DNA from: Lentisphaeria bacterium
GTDB lineage: Bacteria; Verrucomicrobiota; Lentisphaeria; JABSQK01
Length of the DNA: 32,559 nucleotides
Direction of reading: 5' to 3'
Assembly: GCA_013215875.1 (NCBI GenBank)
Contig: JABSQK010000051.1
Coordinates: forward strand, 1 to 32,559
In this document: one piece after another, positions 28,716-32,559 of the stretch
Layout: each line of letters starts with the position of its first letter
Position numbering within the stretch: position 1 is the first letter of the stretch
Notes under the pieces: generated by a model
The model's input: the letters and a program-made list of their open reading frames with translations, nothing else
The model's database searches: none
Told to the model about the DNA's origin: nothing
Position numbers and translations under genes: made by a program

Positions 28716-29488
28716 CCACCCCGGTTTGTCTGACGATTGCAGGTTCTGACAGTAGTGGCGGTGCGGGCATACAGGCGGATCTGCGAACATTTAATTACTT
28801 TAAGTGCTATGGGACCTCGGTTATTACGGCTCTCACAGCACAAATCCCCAGAAAACTTAGCGCCATTGAAGCGGTTTCAGAAACTCTGGTTGCGCAGCAG
28901 CTCTCCGCAGTGTCATCCTTGAATATTTCAGCGGCAAAGTGCGGCATGCTATTAACAAAGCCGATCATTCTATGCATCGTAGAAGCAGTGAAAAATGCCG
29001 ACTATCCTTTAATCGTGGATCCTGTTATGATTGCCTCTTCCGGCAAGCGACTGCTCGAAGAAAATGCTGTTGATGCACTGGTGAATGATTTGTTGCCCCA
29101 GGCAAAACTGATTACCCCGAATATTCCGGAAGCAGAAATAATTGTAGGAAAAACACTGGCATCCTTAAATGAGATCGAAGCAGCAGCTTTGGCATATTCA
29201 GAAACAGGCCCGGCAATCTTGATAAAAGGCGGCCATGCGACCGATAAGGATGCTGTCGATGTATTAGCGGTAAAGGGCGAGCTGACCCATTTTGTGGCAG
29301 AGCGTTTGGAGATTGCTGAAAGCCATGGCACTGGCTGCACCCTTTCTGCAGCCATTACTGCGAACCTTGCACTTGGGCACTCGCTTCCTGAAAGCATACA
29401 AATCGCCAAAGACTTTGTTTATAAGAGTCTGCAAAACATACAGCAGATTGGTGATGAAACATTTGCTTTGTATCCGCCGGAAAAGTGA
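28712..29488 (+). CDS. thiD: hydroxymethylpyrimidine/phosphomethylpyrimidine kinase (ThiD/PdxK family)
   Basis: VCLTIAGSDSSGGAGIQADL signature. ATG 28712 overlaps the upstream TGA (ATGA coupling); the track's 28622 start is an out-of-context extension. Confidence 0.85.
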   Translation: MTTPVCLTIAGSDSSGGAGIQADLRTFNYFKCYGTSVITALTAQIPRKLSAIEAVSETLVAQQLSAVSSLNISAAKCGMLLTKPIILCIVEAVKNADYPLIVDPVMIASSGKRLLEENAVDALVNDLLPQAKLITPNIPEAEIIVGKTLASLNEIEAAALAYSETGPAILIKGGHATDKDAVDVLAVKGELTHFVAERLEIAESHGTGCTLSAAITANLALGHSLPESIQIAKDFVYKSLQNIQQIGDETFALYPPEK

Positions 29489-31318
29489 CTATTCAACAGT
29501 AACGGATTTGGCCAGATTGCGTGGCTGGTCGATGTCTTCGCCGCGCTCTTTTGCCACATAGTATGCCAGCAGTTGCATGGCCACAGTAGCTGTAATCGGC
29601 ACAATGTATTTTGACGACGCGGGTATTTCGATAAGATCTTTTGTGTAGGACGCCAGGCTCTTATCACCCTGTGTGGCGCAGATAATGACCGGTGCTTTAC
29701 GTGCCAGACATTCTTCAATATTGCCAATCGTTTTATCTTTTCCATCGATATCCGCGGCCAGTGCAACTACCGGAAAATTTTCATCGAGCAGTGCGATTGG
29801 GCCGTGTTTCAGTTCGGCTGCATGATAGCCTTCGGCATGATGATAGGAGATCTCTTTAAGCTTTAATGCCGCTTCAAGTGCCACTGGGTATTGATAACCG
29901 CGGCCAATAAAAAACCAGTTTGTGGCATGGGCCCAGCGTTTGGCAATTTTTTCAATCTTTTTGGATTGTTTCAAAACCGCATCGATGTACTCGGGGATTT
30001 TTTCGATTTCGTTGATAAGTTCTGCCGCATCCGTGTAGGTATAGCGCCGGGCCCGGGCAAATTTTAGAGCCATCATTAACAGGACAGAAACCTGGCAGGT
30101 AAATGCCTTGGTTGAGGCTACCCCGATTTCCGGACCAGCATGCAGGTAAATTCCGCGCCCGGATTCTCTGGAAATGGTTGACCCGACAACATTGCAAATG
30201 GCCGCAACTTGCGAACCCTTTAACTTGGCTTCTCGCAACGCGGCTAAACTATCGGCTGTTTCACCGGATTGGCTGATAATCAGACAGAGGGTTTCCGCAT
30301 CAACAAGCGGATTCCGGTAGCGAAATTCGGCCGCTTGTTCAACTTCCGTTACCAGCCCGGCAAGATCCTCAAGGTAGTATTCGCCAATAAGGCCGGCATT
30401 TAAGGAGGTGCCGCAAGCGGCAATGATAATGCGTTTAATTGTCACCAGATCCTGGGCATCCATATTGAGTCCGGAAAGCAAGGCACTGTTGTTCACATGG
30501 TCGAGGCGGCCGCGAATGGCATTCCCTACTGCCTCAGGTTGCTCAAAAATTTCCTTCAGCATAAAGTGCTCATAGCCGCTTTTTTCAGCGGCGCTGAAGT
30601 CCCAGTCCACTGTGTCGATTTCGCGGCTGATTGGCACATTTTCCTGATTGCGAATTTCTACATTACTGGCTGTTACAATCGCGATATCATTGTCATTAAG
30701 GAAAATGACCTGTTTTGTGTGCGATACGATGGCGGATAAATCACTGGCTATAATGGATTCGTTCTCGGAAATACCAATGACAATTGGACTGCCATTGCGA
30801 ACAGCGACGATTTTATCTGGTTCATCACTGGCAATCACGGCCAGGCCATAGGCACCCACAAGCATTTTAACTGCTGATGCTACTGCCGCCACTAGGTCGC
30901 CATCATAGAGTTGTTCAATCAAATGAGCAATGACTTCACTATCCGTTTCAGACTGAAATTTGCAGCCTTTAGCCTCAAGATTACTCTTAAGTGCCTTGTA
31001 ATTTTCAATAATTCCATTATGGACAACGGCAAATTTTCTGTTTGTACTGAGGTGTGGATGGGCATTTGCCTCACTTGGCAGGCCATGTGTGGCCCAGCGT
31101 GTGTGCGCAATTCCGACCTGGGACTCATCAATAGAGGACTTTTCAATGAGGCTGTTGAGCTCTTTTACCTTGCCTACTGCCTTATAATCAGAGATCGTCG
31201 ATTTATGGATACAGGCGATTCCCGAAGAGTCATATCCACGGTACTCAAGCCTCTGTAAACCACTTATAAGTAGTGGTATACAGTTTTTTGAGCCAATATA
31301 GGCAACAATTCCACACAT
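29489..31318 (-). CDS. glmS: glutamine--fructose-6-phosphate aminotransferase
   Basis: Canonical MCGIVAYIG N-terminus (catalytic Cys2), glutaminase domain and two SIS domains, ~609 aa. The track's upstream 10-aa extension is rejected. Confidence 0.95.
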   Translation of the reverse strand: MCGIVAYIGSKNCIPLLISGLQRLEYRGYDSSGIACIHKSTISDYKAVGKVKELNSLIEKSSIDESQVGIAHTRWATHGLPSEANAHPHLSTNRKFAVVHNGIIENYKALKSNLEAKGCKFQSETDSEVIAHLIEQLYDGDLVAAVASAVKMLVGAYGLAVIASDEPDKIVAVRNGSPIVIGISENESIIASDLSAIVSHTKQVIFLNDNDIAIVTASNVEIRNQENVPISREIDTVDWDFSAAEKSGYEHFMLKEIFEQPEAVGNAIRGRLDHVNNSALLSGLNMDAQDLVTIKRIIIAACGTSLNAGLIGEYYLEDLAGLVTEVEQAAEFRYRNPLVDAETLCLIISQSGETADSLAALREAKLKGSQVAAICNVVGSTISRESGRGIYLHAGPEIGVASTKAFTCQVSVLLMMALKFARARRYTYTDAAELINEIEKIPEYIDAVLKQSKKIEKIAKRWAHATNWFFIGRGYQYPVALEAALKLKEISYHHAEGYHAAELKHGPIALLDENFPVVALAADIDGKDKTIGNIEECLARKAPVIICATQGDKSLASYTKDLIEIPASSKYIVPITATVAMQLLAYYVAKERGEDIDQPRNLAKSVTVE

Positions 31319-31483
31319 GTCTAAAAATACTCCATTTAACGGATTCACCCTAATTTACTTATAATTGACAGTAAATGCAAGAGAAGGCGCTTTTTAAAAT
31401 TATGCTAATTTCCTTGCAGGAGGCCTGTTTTTTATTAGTTTAAACCGCGAATAAGACAAAAACTAAAATAAGGAGAGGGTAGT

Positions 31484-31969
31484 ATGGAATTATTTAATAT
31501 GTTTGTAGCTCAGGAAGCTGAGAGTGGTGACGGTGGAATAGCAGGTATGATAGCAGGTGCGATGGCAGCATTAGGAGCAGCTCTGGCAATACCAGCAATA
31601 TTGATGATTGTTATAATTATCGCTATGTGGAAAATATTTGTAAAAGCAGGGCGACCTGGCTGGGAATCAATTATTCCCATTTACAACACATACATATTGA
31701 CTTGCGAAATAGCAAAAAAACCCATTCTGTTTTTCATTCTCACGTTAGTACCCTGTGTGAATATTATTGCGGCGATCATCATCTTAATAGAAGTTGCCAA
31801 GAAATTTGGTAAGAGCACAGGCTTTGGTATAGGAATGGTAATTGTTCCATTCATATGTATACCAATGCTTGGTTTTGGCTCGGCTGCATACGAAGGCGGC
31901 GATGGCGGCGGCGAAGTAGAAGCTGCTGAAGAACCTGCTGAAGAAGCAGAAGCTGACGAAGAAGAGTAG
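31484..31969 (+). CDS. small polytopic membrane protein (DUF5684-like) with acidic Gly/Glu/Ala-rich C-terminal tail
   Basis: Conserved WKIFVKAGRPGWESIIPIYNTY block and about 3 TM helices. AAGGAGAGGG Shine-Dalgarno. Paralog of gene 32038-32442. Confidence 0.6.
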   Translation: MELFNMFVAQEAESGDGGIAGMIAGAMAALGAALAIPAILMIVIIIAMWKIFVKAGRPGWESIIPIYNTYILTCEIAKKPILFFILTLVPCVNIIAAIIILIEVAKKFGKSTGFGIGMVIVPFICIPMLGFGSAAYEGGDGGGEVEAAEEPAEEAEADEEE

Positions 31970-31994
31970 TATTTAAAGACTAACAATTTGTGAA

Positions 31995-32025
31995 GAGCCG
32001 GGCTTAGGTCCGGCTCTTTTTTATT
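31995..32025 (+). terminator. rho-independent terminator
   Basis: GAGCCGG gcttaggt CCGGCTC followed by TTTTTTATT. Confidence 0.6.
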
Positions 32026-32037
32026 CAAGGGAAAACC

Positions 32038-32442
32038 ATGCAAACAACGACAGGATCTGGTGCAGAAGCATTTGTTTTTGTAATCATTGTCATTTATATT
32101 GCCATCATTGCCTTTGCAGTGCTTGCGTCCATTTTTATGCTTATTGCCTGGTGGAAAATGTTTGTGAAGGCTGGACGACCCGGCTGGGAGGCAATAGTTC
32201 CCTATTACAACATTTACGTTTTGTGTTGTGAAATAGCCAAGCAGCCTGTATGGGTGTTTATACTGTGCATCGTTCCCTGCGTAAATATTGCCGGTATGAT
32301 TCTGCTCTACATAAAAGTTGCAGAACGATTTGGCAAAGGTCCAGGATTTGCAATTGGTTTGATTTTTCTGCCGTTTATATTTTTTCCTATCCTGGGTTTT
32401 GGGGATGCGGAATACGATTTTGAAGTTCCCCCCTTTTTGTAG
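32038..32442 (+). CDS. small polytopic membrane protein (DUF5684-like), paralog of 31484-31969
   Basis: WKMFVKAGRPGWEAIVPYYNIY block, ~55% identical to the upstream paralog over the core. Lacks the acidic tail. Ends 9 nt before a transposase stop. Confidence 0.6.
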   Translation: MQTTTGSGAEAFVFVIIVIYIAIIAFAVLASIFMLIAWWKMFVKAGRPGWEAIVPYYNIYVLCCEIAKQPVWVFILCIVPCVNIAGMILLYIKVAERFGKGPGFAIGLIFLPFIFFPILGFGDAEYDFEVPPFL

Positions 32443-32450
32443 ACAAAGGG

Positions 32451-32559
32451 TTAAGCGACCTTTACGTTTGATTTCTTCTTTTCATATTCATTAGGACTTA
32501 ATCCTTCAGCATAAGAATGTGGTCGATATGAATTGTAAAATAACTCAATATACTCAAAT
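32451..32559 (-). mobile_element. 3' end of an rve/DDE integrase-type transposase (IS3-like), partial at the window edge
   Basis: Minus-strand frame from the window edge reads FEYIELFYNSYRPHSYAEGLSPNEYEKKKSNVKVA*. The YNxxRPHSxxxxLSPxEYE motif is the conserved C-terminus of IS3/IS481-type transposases. Confidence 0.55.

Noticed and set aside
31349-31483. Possible riboswitch or ribozyme in the glmS upstream region, or a small RNA between divergent genes
   Set aside because: Region is only ~135 nt. It contains just a weak CAGG-agg-CCTG plus T-run hairpin and no recognisable conserved cores.
1-32559. CRISPR arrays, rRNA, tRNA
   Set aside because: No regularly spaced direct repeats of 25-40 bp and no rRNA-like stretches. 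The longest non-coding gaps (13295-13664, 17900-18099, 24973-25203) lack tRNA cloverleaf features.

Overview
This is a 32.6-kb chromosomal window that looks like a PVC-superphylum genome (Planctomycetes / Verrucomicrobia / Lentisphaerae-like). Phylogenetic inference only: it rests on five paralogs of the family-expanded prepilin-type H-X9-DG (DUF1559) proteins and on ~50% GC. Gene calling below allows ATG/GTG/TTG starts (the ORF track does). Left third (1-12.9 kb): a carbohydrate-utilisation-like cluster on the + strand. It holds a 5'-partial glycosidase-like ORF, two cytoplasmic Gfo/Idh/MocA oxidoreductases, two TIM-barrel glycoside-hydrolase-like hypotheticals and an MFS transporter. Interleaved with these are five prepilin-type H-X9-DG genes. 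Three form a tandem array at 2466-5149, one sits at 9659 and one at 12124 on the minus strand; a sixth, truncated C-terminal remnant lies at 13031-13378. Middle and right (13.6-31.3 kb): housekeeping genes. These are ffh, galK, a sugar-phosphate isomerase/epimerase TIM barrel, aroC, a NUDIX hydrolase, an NfeD-flotillin operon, xylA, an M24 aminopeptidase, thiD and glmS. Several unusual secreted or membrane proteins are mixed in: an ExbD/TolR-like periplasmic protein with a 27-bp tandem repeat, a highly acidic secreted protein, a beta-propeller/LamG-like secreted protein, and a tandem pair of small membrane-protein paralogs. The 3' window edge enters an rve-type (IS3-like) transposase. Most notable: a gene encoding an N-terminal TM segment followed by 14 tandem 12-bp units (DG-x-V tetrapeptides) is separated from the downstream NfeD gene only by a perfect 17-bp tandem duplication. 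Removing one copy fuses the two ORFs in frame, and NfeD has no Shine-Dalgarno of its own. This points to a recently split, or switchable, repeat-NfeD fusion gene upstream of flotillin. No rRNA, tRNA or CRISPR array was found.
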